A DNA stretch of 64,000 nt. Source: Utricularia gibba. Its lineage: Eukaryota; Plantae; Magnoliophyta. Location of the stretch: positions 1,240,001 through 1,304,000 of the forward strand of contig CM007991.1 of NCBI GenBank assembly GCA_002189035.1, written 5' to 3'. The position numbers and the translations under genes were made by a program. This document shows positions 14,602 through 24,615 of the stretch, piece by piece. How positions within the stretch are numbered: the first letter of the stretch is position 1; the number at the start of each line of letters is the position of its first letter. A model generated the notes under the pieces. It was not told where the DNA came from. It did no database searches and saw only the letters and a list, made by a program, of their open reading frames with translations.

Positions 14602-15852
14602 TCAGCTACTTTCAGGTAGTTTCACTGGCGGCAACTTGCTTAATGCCCAAGTTGGTATATCGCTTAACCATATACCTTCGCCAGTTTCCTTGTTCTTGAA
14701 GTCTGGATATCTAGGATTCTTCTTATTTGTTCTATTATCCCACCATTTTTCAGGATCAGCAATCAGTCTTTTCAAAACATCACTTCCACCAGAGTCTGAA
14801 GGAACTTCCTTTGAGTGCATTTCCTTAACCTCGAACTCCAATTTCCCTAGTTCAAGAAGCACCCAATTGGGAGCGCAGTTAATCCACAGGCTATTTCCGG
14901 TAATTTTCTGCTTGAAGTCAGGGAACTTATTTTTCACCAACCCACTGGCCTTGTGACCGCGGTAATCATACCACCGCAGAGGGTTTTCTAAAAGATCCCT
15001 CCATAAAGCTAATGGATCGTCGAAATACTTTTTATCTCCAGCACCCTCTTCAGCCTGCTTGTCGACTTTCTCTGCTACAGCCCCTGCAGTTTGACGTTTC
15101 ACCATTACCTCAATCTCATCAGATTCTGATTTCCCGTGTATATCAAGACCAACTGCATCATCCAAAGTTGGAACCGTGGCCTCCCTTCCAGCCATTCTGT
15201 CGTCAGTTCCTTCCACCGCTTTCAAATTCTCGGTCATATTTGGAATCATCTCTTTCTTACCAACCATTCTACTATCAATTTTCTCCACGAAGTTCAAATT
15301 TTCAGCCACCACATGAAACTTCCCCAAGTTGTCACTCAGAGAAAGTCCTACACCATCTACACTCAATTGACCGGAAACGAAAACGAGATCATTCTTCTTT
15401 ACATGACAAGCCACAACATGGGCCATGTCCCCCTCAAAGAAAACAGGAATAGACATATGATTTAAGGCACCCTCACTTCCGACTGATATAACTGTAGTAG
15501 CGAAATCCTTACCATCAGAAGTCCCGAATCTTACCGGGATCCTAACGCTACCGATCAAGTTGACGAAGTTTGAAATCTTCGCTTGAAATGGAATCTCCCT
15601 CGGTTTAGGCCAAACTAACTCATCCTTTTGTTTCTTCACTCCCTCAGGAAAGGCTGACCACGCCAACGAAGGCTTCTCTGTAATCAGCTGCGGAATCTCT
15701 TCGACTTTCTTGCTGCTTCGAGTACTTCTCGTGGAGTAAAAATAAGATTGTTGGGAAGCGGTGAGAGATAAGCTTCGCCGGAGGCTATCTCTGTGATGGG
15801 CGAAGAGCTTCGCTCTCGCTGCCACCGAACTCATGGCGCCTGGAAATGGCAT
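14602..15852 (-). CDS. Organellar single-stranded DNA-binding protein (OSB/PTAC9 family), intronless
   Basis: 416-aa ORF with an alternative start Met at 15834. Ser/Arg-rich transit peptide, SSB-like OB fold (FQAKISNFVNLIG..VPVRF) and two PDF motifs (W.D.R..K....FPDFK..LWI; WWDNRTNKKNPRYPDFK..IWL). Confidence 0.88.
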   Translation of the reverse strand: MPFPGAMSSVAARAKLFAHHRDSLRRSLSLTASQQSYFYSTRSTRSSKKVEEIPQLITEKPSLAWSAFPEGVKKQKDELVWPKPREIPFQAKISNFVNLIGSVRIPVRFGTSDGKDFATTVISVGSEGALNHMSIPVFFEGDMAHVVACHVKKNDLVFVSGQLSVDGVGLSLSDNLGKFHVVAENLNFVEKIDSRMVGKKEMIPNMTENLKAVEGTDDRMAGREATVPTLDDAVGLDIHGKSESDEIEVMVKRQTAGAVAEKVDKQAEEGAGDKKYFDDPLALWRDLLENPLRWYDYRGHKASGLVKNKFPDFKQKITGNSLWINCAPNWVLLELGKLEFEVKEMHSKEVPSDSGGSDVLKRLIADPEKWWDNRTNKKNPRYPDFKNKETGEGIWLSDIPTWALSKLPPVKLPESS

Positions 15853-15914
15853 TTCCGAGAGGCAGGTTAGGTATTTTGAGCATTTTTAGCTAAAGAAGTG
15901 ATATAATAAAAAAC

Positions 15915-15941
15915 GGATTATGTTAAAGTTTAACATAATCC
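15915..15941. repeat. Perfect 13-bp inverted repeat with 1-nt spacer, overlapping tRNA-Glu nt 1-3
   Basis: GGATTATGTTAAA-G-TTTAACATAATCC, read directly from the sequence. Confidence 0.95.
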
Positions 15942-16010
15942 ATTGTCGTCCAGCGGTTAGGATATCTGGCTTTCACCCAGGAGACCCGGGTTCGATTCCC
16001 GGCAATGGAA
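15939..16010 (+). tRNA. trnE-UUC: tRNA-Glu(UUC)
   Basis: 72 nt TCCATTGTCGTCCAGCGGTTAGG...CTGG-CTTTCAC-CCAG...GGTTCGATTCCCGGCAATGGAA. Acceptor stem, TTC anticodon and B box present. Confidence 0.97.
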
Positions 16011-16014
16011 TGGC

Positions 16015-16028
16015 TTTTGCAATTTTTT
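16015..16028 (+). terminator. Pol III oligo-dT terminator of tRNA-Glu
   Basis: TTTT (16015-18) then TTTTTT (16023-28) immediately downstream of the tRNA. Confidence 0.75.
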
Positions 16029-16235
16029 AAAATTTATTCTATTATTTTGTTACTAATAGTGTATATTTAGTGGAATTACAGTGAAAAATAAACAAAATAT
16101 ATCCGTTTGTTGAAAAGATCAAAAGCCCCTTTTTTCGGGAGCCGCCTTTCTTGTTTCATCTACATTTCCCCACTCTGATTTGATTTCACAATTGTGTGTC
16201 AATTTGTTGCCTCGCCGGAGATTCAGTCGGATCCG

Positions 16236-16919
16236 ATGTCGACCGCCGGTTCTGCGCCAGGCCTGAAAGCAGTAACTCTGACCCATGTACGATATCAGAG
16301 AGGCGACCAATTGGGGCATTTACTGGCCTGGGTTTCCCTGATCCCAATTTTCATCACTTTCGGCGGCTTCGCTTCTCACTTCATCTTCCGCCGCGAGCTT
16401 CAGGGATTTCTGTTCGCGTTGGGTCTCTTGATCTCGCAGGTTATAAACGAAACTGTGAAAACAACTGTCCAGCAGTCGCGGCCCGAGACCTGCGAGTTGC
16501 TCGAGATCTGCGATTCGCACGGCTGGCCCTCGAGCCACTCTCAGTACATGTTTTTTTTCGCGGTTTATTTAACCCTGCTGACGTATTATAGAATTGGAGT
16601 ATTGTTCAGAAAGCAATTGGTGATGGTTGCGCTCGTTGTGTGGCCATTAGCTGTCTTCACAATGTATTCTAGGGTTTATTTAGGGTACCATACGGTGGGG
16701 CAAGTATTCGCCGGTGCGGCTTTGGGTTCTTTTTTGGGAGGTGGGTGGTTTTGGGTAGTTAGTAAGTACCTCAAGCACCATTTTCCGGCCATTGAAGAGA
16801 GCGCTTTTGGGAGATTCTTTTATCTGAAGGACACTTCTCATATTCCAAATGTTTTGCTGTTCGAGTATGAGAACGCAAGAGCTGCAAGGAAGCACGCCTC
16901 CTACAGGCGCTCGGATTGA
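16236..16919 (+). CDS. LPPgamma: Lipid phosphate phosphatase gamma / dolichyl-diphosphatase (PAP2 family)
   Basis: LKAVTLTHVRYQRGD start. PAP2 motifs K..V.QSRP, GWPSSHSQY and SRVYLGYHT..QV. Single coding exon. Confidence 0.92.
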   Translation: MSTAGSAPGLKAVTLTHVRYQRGDQLGHLLAWVSLIPIFITFGGFASHFIFRRELQGFLFALGLLISQVINETVKTTVQQSRPETCELLEICDSHGWPSSHSQYMFFFAVYLTLLTYYRIGVLFRKQLVMVALVVWPLAVFTMYSRVYLGYHTVGQVFAGAALGSFLGGGWFWVVSKYLKHHFPAIEESAFGRFFYLKDTSHIPNVLLFEYENARAARKHASYRRSD

Positions 16920-17851
16920 TATAAAGGTAAACTTTTGTGTTGGTTTCCTTTCAGTTGAGCTCTATCTTCCCTTTATTGGATTTTCTAAAAGTCATCACGA
17001 AAGCCCCATCTGCATTTAGCTTGGCAATCACACCGTCTGTGACGGCTGCTGTACTTACACTTCAGTTGCAAGCTGATTTGCTTTGTTGATGCATTGGATC
17101 CAGTTATAAATTTCCAGTCCAGAAGTCTCCATTGAATCCATTGCTGGGAATAATCAAGTCCTTCTACTATGCATTTTTCTTAGTAGCGTTGTGTTTCTTC
17201 TTGAGCCTTGTTCTTTTCCGTGTTTTGTGTATGAACTCCCTTCACCTTTCAGGCACACCGTGCAGCAGCCCTTCGGAGCTGAGAATAAGTGCAGTTCTCC
17301 ATGGAATCCAGAACATAAATCAGAGCATATGATTCTCTTGAAGCCATCGATCTTAGTGATCTTGATTGCTGATTTAGGTCCTAAATTCCTCTGGTAACAC
17401 AAAACTGTGGCTTTAGGTGTAATCTTGCTTCTTCATGTACTGCAGACTGCTTAGTTTTCACGAGCACTTCTTGTTGCTGCATTACACAGTACACACGTTG
17501 CTTCATTGCAATGTTTTTGTTTCCGTACCATTCAATTATTTTATTGTTTTATTTTAATAAAAATATTGGGAAGAAAGTGAAAGGAGCAAATGTCGATTGA
17601 CTCAAAGGAGCACTCGCGTAGCATTCACACATTGATTTTGGTGCCTTGACAAAAGGACATTTCTGTCTTACTTTTTTCCCAAAGACTTTTGAAGAAAAGG
17701 AGAAGAGTCCGGGGCCGTACTCCGTGTCTCTCTCTCAACTTAATAAGAAGGCGGTCACGCAAACTTCTTTCCTTCTCCTCTCCCACGAAGCAGCAGGATT
17801 TAGCAATCAAGTAGCGACACGGGGACTCCGCCACGCACCGAAACCGGAAAA

Positions 17852-18649
17852 ATGAAGCCGGCGATGACGAAGCCGCCGTTATGCAGTCCCAGCAGGGCGG
17901 CAGCAGCGCCGGAGAAGTTCCCTCCTCCGTTGATGCGCTTCTTGAGAAGCAACGGCGGAAGCAAAAGCCGAGGAGTAAGGTCGCGCGCCAGCCCAATCTT
18001 CTACCGCCGCACCCGGAAGTCGTTGGCGGCTCCCCCGACACAAGAACCGTCTTCCCCGAAAGTCACCTGCATGGGGCAAGTCCGGGTCCGCCGTGCCGTC
18101 AAATCTCGCCACCGCTTTTCGCGGTGGCTCAATTTCAAACGCTTCCTGTTCTCCTGCCCCAATTTCAGAGATCAGAAAATGTGGATAGGTAACGTGTTCA
18201 AGGGGAACTGGGGTTTCTGTTGTCGGAGCGGTTACTGCAAGAAAGTGGACGACGGGATCGAGAATTCATTCAGGATATACTCCAATCGAAGAAGAAAATA
18301 CGTCCCGGAGAACGATAACAATGTCGAAACTGGCGCCCTGGTTCACTCATCATCTTCTCCACCGCGGAACGCTCTGATCCTGATGCGGTGCAGATCCGCT
18401 CCGTACAGGTCTTCTTCATTAGCAGGCAGATTCTTCAGCGAAAATGAACACAAATCGGTGGAAACCCAAAAACCCACAACCCCAGAGACCGAAAACAACA
18501 GAGAAAGCGAGGATTCAATCGAAGAATCGATGAGAAAACAAACAGTGATGCACCCATTGCTGCTAACGAGGTGCAAATCAGAGCCCGCGAGAACCGGCGA
18601 AAGACTCAACCCAGAAACAACCATATTCAAACGAAGGTTAGAAATCTAA
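17852..18649 (+). CDS. Plant-specific uncharacterised basic protein (EPxSPKVTCMGQVR family), intronless
   Basis: 265-aa ORF with the conserved blocks PPPLMRFLR, EPSSPKVTCMGQVRVRR, PPRNALILMRCRSAPYRSSSLA and LLLTRCKSEP. Confidence 0.8.
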   Translation: MKPAMTKPPLCSPSRAAAAPEKFPPPLMRFLRSNGGSKSRGVRSRASPIFYRRTRKSLAAPPTQEPSSPKVTCMGQVRVRRAVKSRHRFSRWLNFKRFLFSCPNFRDQKMWIGNVFKGNWGFCCRSGYCKKVDDGIENSFRIYSNRRRKYVPENDNNVETGALVHSSSSPPRNALILMRCRSAPYRSSSLAGRFFSENEHKSVETQKPTTPETENNRESEDSIEESMRKQTVMHPLLLTRCKSEPARTGERLNPETTIFKRRLEI

Positions 18650-19276
18650 TCACCCCTTAATCTCATACCATGACTTGTAAAACAGTTTTTTTTTTTCCAA
18701 CGGCAAGCATGACTTGCAACACATTGATGCAAAAAAGATTCAGTTTTTAGTCATTAGTGTTTTAATTAGCTTTAGTTAGCGAAATCTCAATGGTAACCCC
18801 TGCAGCTGGTGCTGTTTGGTCTGTGGGGGTCATTTCGTGTTGGTGAAGGTGGGAACAGTTGAATTCAATGCATACGGTTGCAAAGACATTAGGAGAATTC
18901 AATTATTGCGGGTAGCATCTTAGCTCCTTGATGGAAGGAAGGGGCACCAGCCTGTGCTTTCCATAGGCTGGCACGCTCGCTCCATCTTCAAACATATAAG
19001 CACAGATTCACTGACCCCAGTTAAATGGCAAAAAAAAATGGTAAAAATTTCATTTTTACTGCGACAAATCACCCCTGCAGCAAAAGCATAATGCCATGCA
19101 TCGACAACTAGGAAGTAAAGGTTCATGGTTAGAGCATGGAAGAACAGGGTGTCCCATTTTCTCAGACTCCTTGGAAATGCATTGCTCACCCAAACAAGAA
19201 CATTGACAACAAACGGCGACTGGCTCGATTAGTTCACACTTGCAATGGGAAGAGGCAACCGAAGAATCTGAGTGGT

Positions 19277-20204
19277 CTATTCTCCTGGCGCAGAGACGCC
19301 TTGCTTGAGGCGTTCCCTTTTCATCTTCTTCTTAGAGACGGGCTTCTTTTTCTTGTGGGGGAGCGTTTTCTGGGCATACATGTACATTACATAGTTACCA
19401 ACCAGGAATAGTACAACCAGACCACCAACAAGGAGCAACACGATGAGTCCCGGGTTGGATCCCTTTGCATCAACACCCTGGATAAAAATGCTTAGGTGCA
19501 TAAGCAGAATGGATCATATGCTAATGATACAACACAGTGGAACATAAAAAGACAGGCGGTCATCAGCTTTTAAGGAAGAAGCTCCATTAAGCTGTCGACC
19601 GTATCATAACTTATGTACAGCAACTTCTTAAATTAAATATGGTTCGAAGCTGCAACTGAACCACTTTTTTCTTCTGATGAATACATTATGCAAGAGCTTG
19701 CTCTTGGAGAATCAACAGAGGAAAAAGATGAAGGAAAGGCATGAACGATCGAAATCACCGTAATGCAACAGGTCACAACTTTAAGACTTGGTTTACCGAC
19801 GACCGAGATATTGACAGATGAAAAATAAGTAAACAAAAATCAATCATCGCAAAATGAAAACCACTCTTCTTAATCCACACGTCTAACAAAAACACCTCAA
19901 ATTGGTTCAACAAATTCATTCCAATCCCAGCTGAAGAAAAACCCTGTTCAAGAAATTGAATGCATGCATAATAACTGCAAATCCATTAACAGGGGAAAAT
20001 TAAAAATACTGAAGTCAAGAGAAGAGAAGTCGGTACAGCCATGCGAAGAAGAAAGTAACTCGCGAAACCGGGAATTGACTACAAGATAAGCAAATCTACA
20101 CAAAAATAGGGTGAATTAAAGCAGGGATCTAAAGTAAAGGAGGTATATACCACTGGATCAAAAGACGGAGGCGTCTGATATTCGAAATCCTCCCCGTTGT
20201 CCAT
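19277..20204 (-). CDS. S1FA: S1FA DNA-binding protein (2 coding exons: 20204-20151, 19477-19277)
   Basis: [18 protein letters not shown]|[59 protein letters not shown] junction is in frame. Confidence 0.92.
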
Positions 20205-20323
20205 CGGTTTCTTCCTTCACAGTGCTTCGCTCTCGTTCTTTCGAGTCTTCACGGGTATTTCGTGAAAAAGGTTAAAAGAAAATGTACACCAAATTTAAAG
20301 TATTAAATGATAAGAACCAAAAT

Positions 20324-20395
20324 GGGCATTTGGTCTAGTGGTATGATTCTCGCTTAGGGTGCGAGAGGTCCCGAGTTCAATTCTCGGAATGCCCC
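20324..20395 (+). tRNA. trnP-AGG: tRNA-Pro(AGG)
   Basis: 72 nt GGGCATTTGGTCTAGTGGTATGATTCTCGC-TTAGGGT-GCGAGAGGTCCCGAGTTCAATTCTCGGAATGCCCC, followed by a T-run near 20412. Confidence 0.97.
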
Positions 20396-20433
20396 ATTAA
20401 TTCAACATTCCTTTTTGCTTTTCCGTCCGATGG

Positions 20434-20506
20434 TGGGCCGACACTATATTGTTTTTATGGTTTCTAGTAAGATGCGACGGTTACCCTATTGGGCTTCGAG
20501 CCCAAT
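20434..20506. promoter_or_regulatory. Site II (TGGGCY) elements, probably serving S1FA
   Basis: TGGGCC at 20434 and palindromic ATTGGGCTTCGAGCCCAAT at 20488-20506, 230-300 nt upstream of the S1FA ATG. Confidence 0.5.
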
Positions 20507-20899
20507 CACGCAGCTCATACACCACAAGGCCACCCCGGATAACCCCAGCACGATGGAGAACAACTGACATGAAACAATTTCCTTAGCAGCTTCCCAGGCA
20601 TCTGCAGTCTTCTCCATTTCCTCTCTCACGCACATGAAAACAATTAACACCCTAAAAATGGTGATTTTCTGATGATAATTTTCCACTACACAAAAGACAA
20701 CTGAACGTTGTTTGCTGTAGAGTATTAAAAACTCCATGGCTTCACTCTTCTCATGAAAGCACAAAACTCGATGAAATGAATACTTTATCCAACATATGAT
20801 CAGACCAAAAGACGAAGCTCAGAGCTTGCGGTTCGCAAGGAGGCGTGAGGTCGATCTAAAATATTGATAAATGTGAATTCTGATGACATATACGTTATG

Positions 20900-21400
20900 T
20901 AGGTTGACCCGACAGCCGCATCGGGTCCTGCTGGTGTAGGTGTGCTTTTCACAAGCTAGGACTGCGACTGTTGACCTACCAATCATTCATTACTGTGAAG
21001 GGATGCCGACACCGCCAGACCAAGGGCATCCTCCCCATGTTATCATTGCATCAGCAACCAGAGAAAAATAAACAAACTATGGCTACCCATCACCTTTCTT
21101 CCCTTCCTTTCCCTCTGGGATATCTCCAACATCTTTCCGGGGAGTTTCAGCTCCGCCCCAGAAGCTGAAAAGAAGAGGAGTCATCACTCACCAGCGGGGA
21201 GAGGATTAGGGTTTGCTAGTGCCTCTGGTTGAAGTGGAATGAGATGTTTTCATTTAAAAAAAAAAAGAAATTTGCTCAGTTGCTGGTTGCAAAACGTATC
21301 AGTGAGCACAGTGGAGATATTCGGTGAGAAGACGACAGAGCCAAAAATATGAATCCAAAAGCAACTGAAGTGACATTATTTTAACTGCTTTTGGCAGTTT
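20900..21400 (-). pseudogene. Heavily decayed cytochrome P450 (CYP86 clan) relic; full extent probably about 20.8-21.9 kb
   Basis: Minus-strand motifs occur in P450 order. I-helix tail TSVA..F..LSS.H (about 21372-21320). K-helix AL(A/E)TL.L.P.V with a frameshift (21222-21189), then DS. DIPEG (about 21124). MGRMPLVW (21038-21015). AGP (20931-20923). No intact ORF. Confidence 0.5.
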
Positions 21401-22332
21401 CATCTTGGACGTTACCTGGGAATGAAATATTCCCATTCCATCGCGGTCCAGCTACGCTACGCCAATAAATAAATGGCCTGGCCTGGCCACCCGGTGGCAC
21501 CATACAGGCTCCCGATTCAAGTTCCGTCTGAGTAGTCTGTTCAAGCGTATTATAACGCAGACAGCGTTCTTTGTGTGTGAGAAATGCATGTAACTTTCTC
21601 TCCTCTACTTGCGACCTGCGTCGTTTTCAGAGTAACGTGCGCAGGCAACACACTTTGACAGAGAGATGGTCATGGCGCCATTATAATATGAGTGGAGCAG
21701 GTAGGTATGTGTCGCACACCTCGTCATGCCTTAATCAGATACAGAATTGAATAACCGCGTCGCGTGTTTGAATCTTGGAGCTGCTATCAGTCACCTAATC
21801 CATGGAACGGGGGAGGGGCCTATGCCCCCTGTACACCACCCTAATTCCCATTCCTCAATCATGCCCCAGCCCCAGCCCCTCTCTCACTTCTGCAACTCCA
21901 CGTACCGAATACTCGGAGCTCCATCTTTTGTTTGACACCGAAGAGTCACCCACCGGAGCATCACAAAGATGATCAATGCCCTCTAATATAGGCTCCCTGA
22001 GAAGATGAATTCATTACTTGTACTCGCTAATCTAAAACCCGAAAGTTTAGATAATCCAAACTTATAGTATTGTATAAAGAGAGTATGAATAATTAGTGCA
22101 ATGGGGAAAACCTTAACGATCACGTTAGATTTATGCAAATTTTAAAATTATGCATATTTGATCACAATAATTTTATGATCTCGGTCATCAAAAAATGATA
22201 AAAACGTAAAATTATAAAAATTAGATAATACAAATTAAGGTAACACACTATTGTATAAGCAGCTTTTTGGAAGGTGTTATAATACACAATCTCATATAAG
22301 AGCATATTTATCAATATCCTTAAATGTTGACT

Positions 22333-22580
22333 TGGCATTTCCGGAAATTGAGTTATTGAGTTTCTTTTATTAAGTTTTTTTTATGTTTGTATCAATTTCC
22401 GAAAATCATAATATTAAAATAATATTAAAATAAATAGTATAAATTATATTTTAAATGGTTTCCGGAAGGAAACCAAGTTTTCTCATTTCCGTTTACGTAA
22501 AAAATTAAAAACAAGTGTAGTGGTTTCCAAAAACATTCTATCATTTCTGGAAATGCCACATCAGCATTTCCGGAAATTGG
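22333..22580. repeat. Cluster of palindromic TTTCCGGAAA-type motifs with an imperfect inverted repeat (possible MITE relic)
   Basis: ATTTCCGGAAAT at 22337 and 22566, TTTCCGAAAA at 22396, TTTCCGGAAG at 22459, ATTTCTGGAAAT at 22543. TTGGCATTTCCGGAAAT pairs with ATTTCTGGAAATGCCAC. Confidence 0.6.
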
Positions 22581-24615
22581 TAAAAATGGTCTAATAAAAT
22601 AAAAGTGAAATAATTAAGTATATAAAAAAATTATAGATCATAATTAATAGATTGTGTTTAATTTTTTTTAATGTAATTTACAATTTTTTTTTATGTACTT
22701 GGATTTTACGTGTGTATTCGCCGGAATTATCATATACTTAATTTCAATATAGTAAGACACAAGTATGAAGTAATTAAGGGGTAGACGAGAAAGAAAAGGA
22801 GGCGCGTACAAGTTGCAAGAATCCACCGAAATCAATCCAACGCTGAGCGCTACATGTGGTGGACAGTGAGGTCGGGGATGGGACCCACGGACGGGGGGGC
22901 CCCTGGACCGATAGGCTCACGGGTGGACGCCAATTTAGAAAGCTCTCACTGACCACCCTGTCTCTTATCCTAATATTGTTTATTCCCCACAGCCATGCGT
23001 TACAAGTCCGCAAAAAGAAAAATAAATAATACAAATTATTATTTTTTTAATTATTTTGTTACCTATTTCCAGCTTCAAAATTGGACATCGATCTTTCTAG
23101 GTTCCGATTAGGGCCCCTACAAAGTGTCTAATTTCCTATTTGTCGAGTGACAAATCTTATTATTCATAGGATTTTTTAAATTTATAAAATATAATACCCT
23201 AGAATTAAAAGCGAATATGTATCAAATTCATGGCATTAGGTAAAATTTATGGAGTGTTTGGTTGATGAAATTATATACGTTTAAAATTAGGATTATTAAT
23301 TATAGGGTGTTGAATTGGTAAATTTAAATAAGTTCGAAATTATACAAGTTTTTTTAATCTTATGTACATATGTTCATTTAAAACTGCATCCCTCCATTAC
23401 TTTACTTAAAATCATTTAATCTTATATCTAATCTTAATAATTAAAAAATATCTAAAAATAATTAATTCTGGTATATCAATTTTATTTAAATATAAGAAAA
23501 TTAAATCCACTGTATCTCATTCTCATCAAACAAACACTATCTTAGAGTTTATTCCAATTCTCGAAAATCAATTCACAAATAATTTATTATTAAGCACGGA
23601 TAAAATTTATTCTAAAAATAGAAAAAATTTTAGAATCAATTCTTTAAAAAAAAATAAGATATGAATTATATTTTATTATAAGCATTTATCAAAAATCATT
23701 TTTGGAGAATGTATTAAATACATATAACGGTGGGCGAGGTTTGTAGCATTATGTGATGACGCTGTTGTACTTTTTTTTTTCATAATGAATAAACGTATAA
23801 TATTCAATAATATTTTAATAATAATATAATTTCTGAAAAAAAAAAGAAACCAATTTGATAATGAAAAATTGAAAGTTACCCGCATTCTCAACACAGGTAA
23901 AAGCCGCTCTGACAAGGGGTAAATAAGGTAATGACCCAAAAAGCATTCGTCTTTTAGAAACAACAAGGCAAGTGTTCAGACCTCTGCCCTAAATGAGTCA
24001 ATGGAGTTTCTTTATCATTGTTGTTATTTTGCGTGCAAAGTTTTGGGAAGACAGCTCTTTGTGGGTGTGTGTCGACTTTCTGCGTTCTTTTAGCCCCTAT
24101 GACAACTGAAGTCTCAGCTGGAAAAAGCTCACTTTCATAATGGATGAAGTAAACACAGAATCCATAGCTGGTGCGTGGAATTACGTCAAGCAAGTGCTGC
24201 AGCATTCAGAGTTTACAGTAGAAATTGGTGTTTTTTTATTTTTTTCGTGTTGGTGGGGGAGTGGGCCAGTGGAGCTGAGTCTATGGCTGGCCAGCATCGA
24301 AAACTGAAGATAAAGGGATAGAGAACAATAGGCGAGTTGAGAGAGAAAGATTGTGAGCATTTAGACAAAGTGTTCGTTCATTCATTCTTCTCTGGCTTCT
24401 TTTGGTGTTTTGCTCATAAAAACCATGAGAATAATTGTTTTTTTCCTTCACTACAGGCTCCTAAAGGGTAGGTAGATTTCAAAGTTTTCTGAAGCCCTTG
24501 TGTTGTTGTTGTGGATCAATTTGAGTACCACCAAAGTCTCCATCTGTTTGTATTTGTAGCAATCTCCTTGTTCTCTGCTTCTCCTCAATCCTCCAAAACC
24601 CTCCCTTGTCGCCAA

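Noticed and set aside
16927-17072. Possible intron just downstream of the LPP-gamma stop codon
   Set aside because: The donor is plausible but the acceptor is ambiguous. It is too close to the stop to imply NMD, and it cannot be supported without RNA data.
21181-21215. Telo-box AAACCCTAA plus a GTGATGA C-box, suggesting a snoRNA cluster or telomerase RNA
   Set aside because: No convincing C/D pair with a terminal stem or rRNA guide, and no USE element. The same bases are better explained as the decayed P450 K-helix.
21425-21500. Minus-strand YWRSVAGPRWNG (S-domain-like) and plus-strand GLA..GT..AP (kinase-like) fragments
   Set aside because: Isolated short matches with wrong spacing and no supporting neighbouring motifs.
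20400-22000. Possible miRNA precursor
   Set aside because: No match to the conserved miRNA families I could recall, and no long (about 20-bp) foldback.
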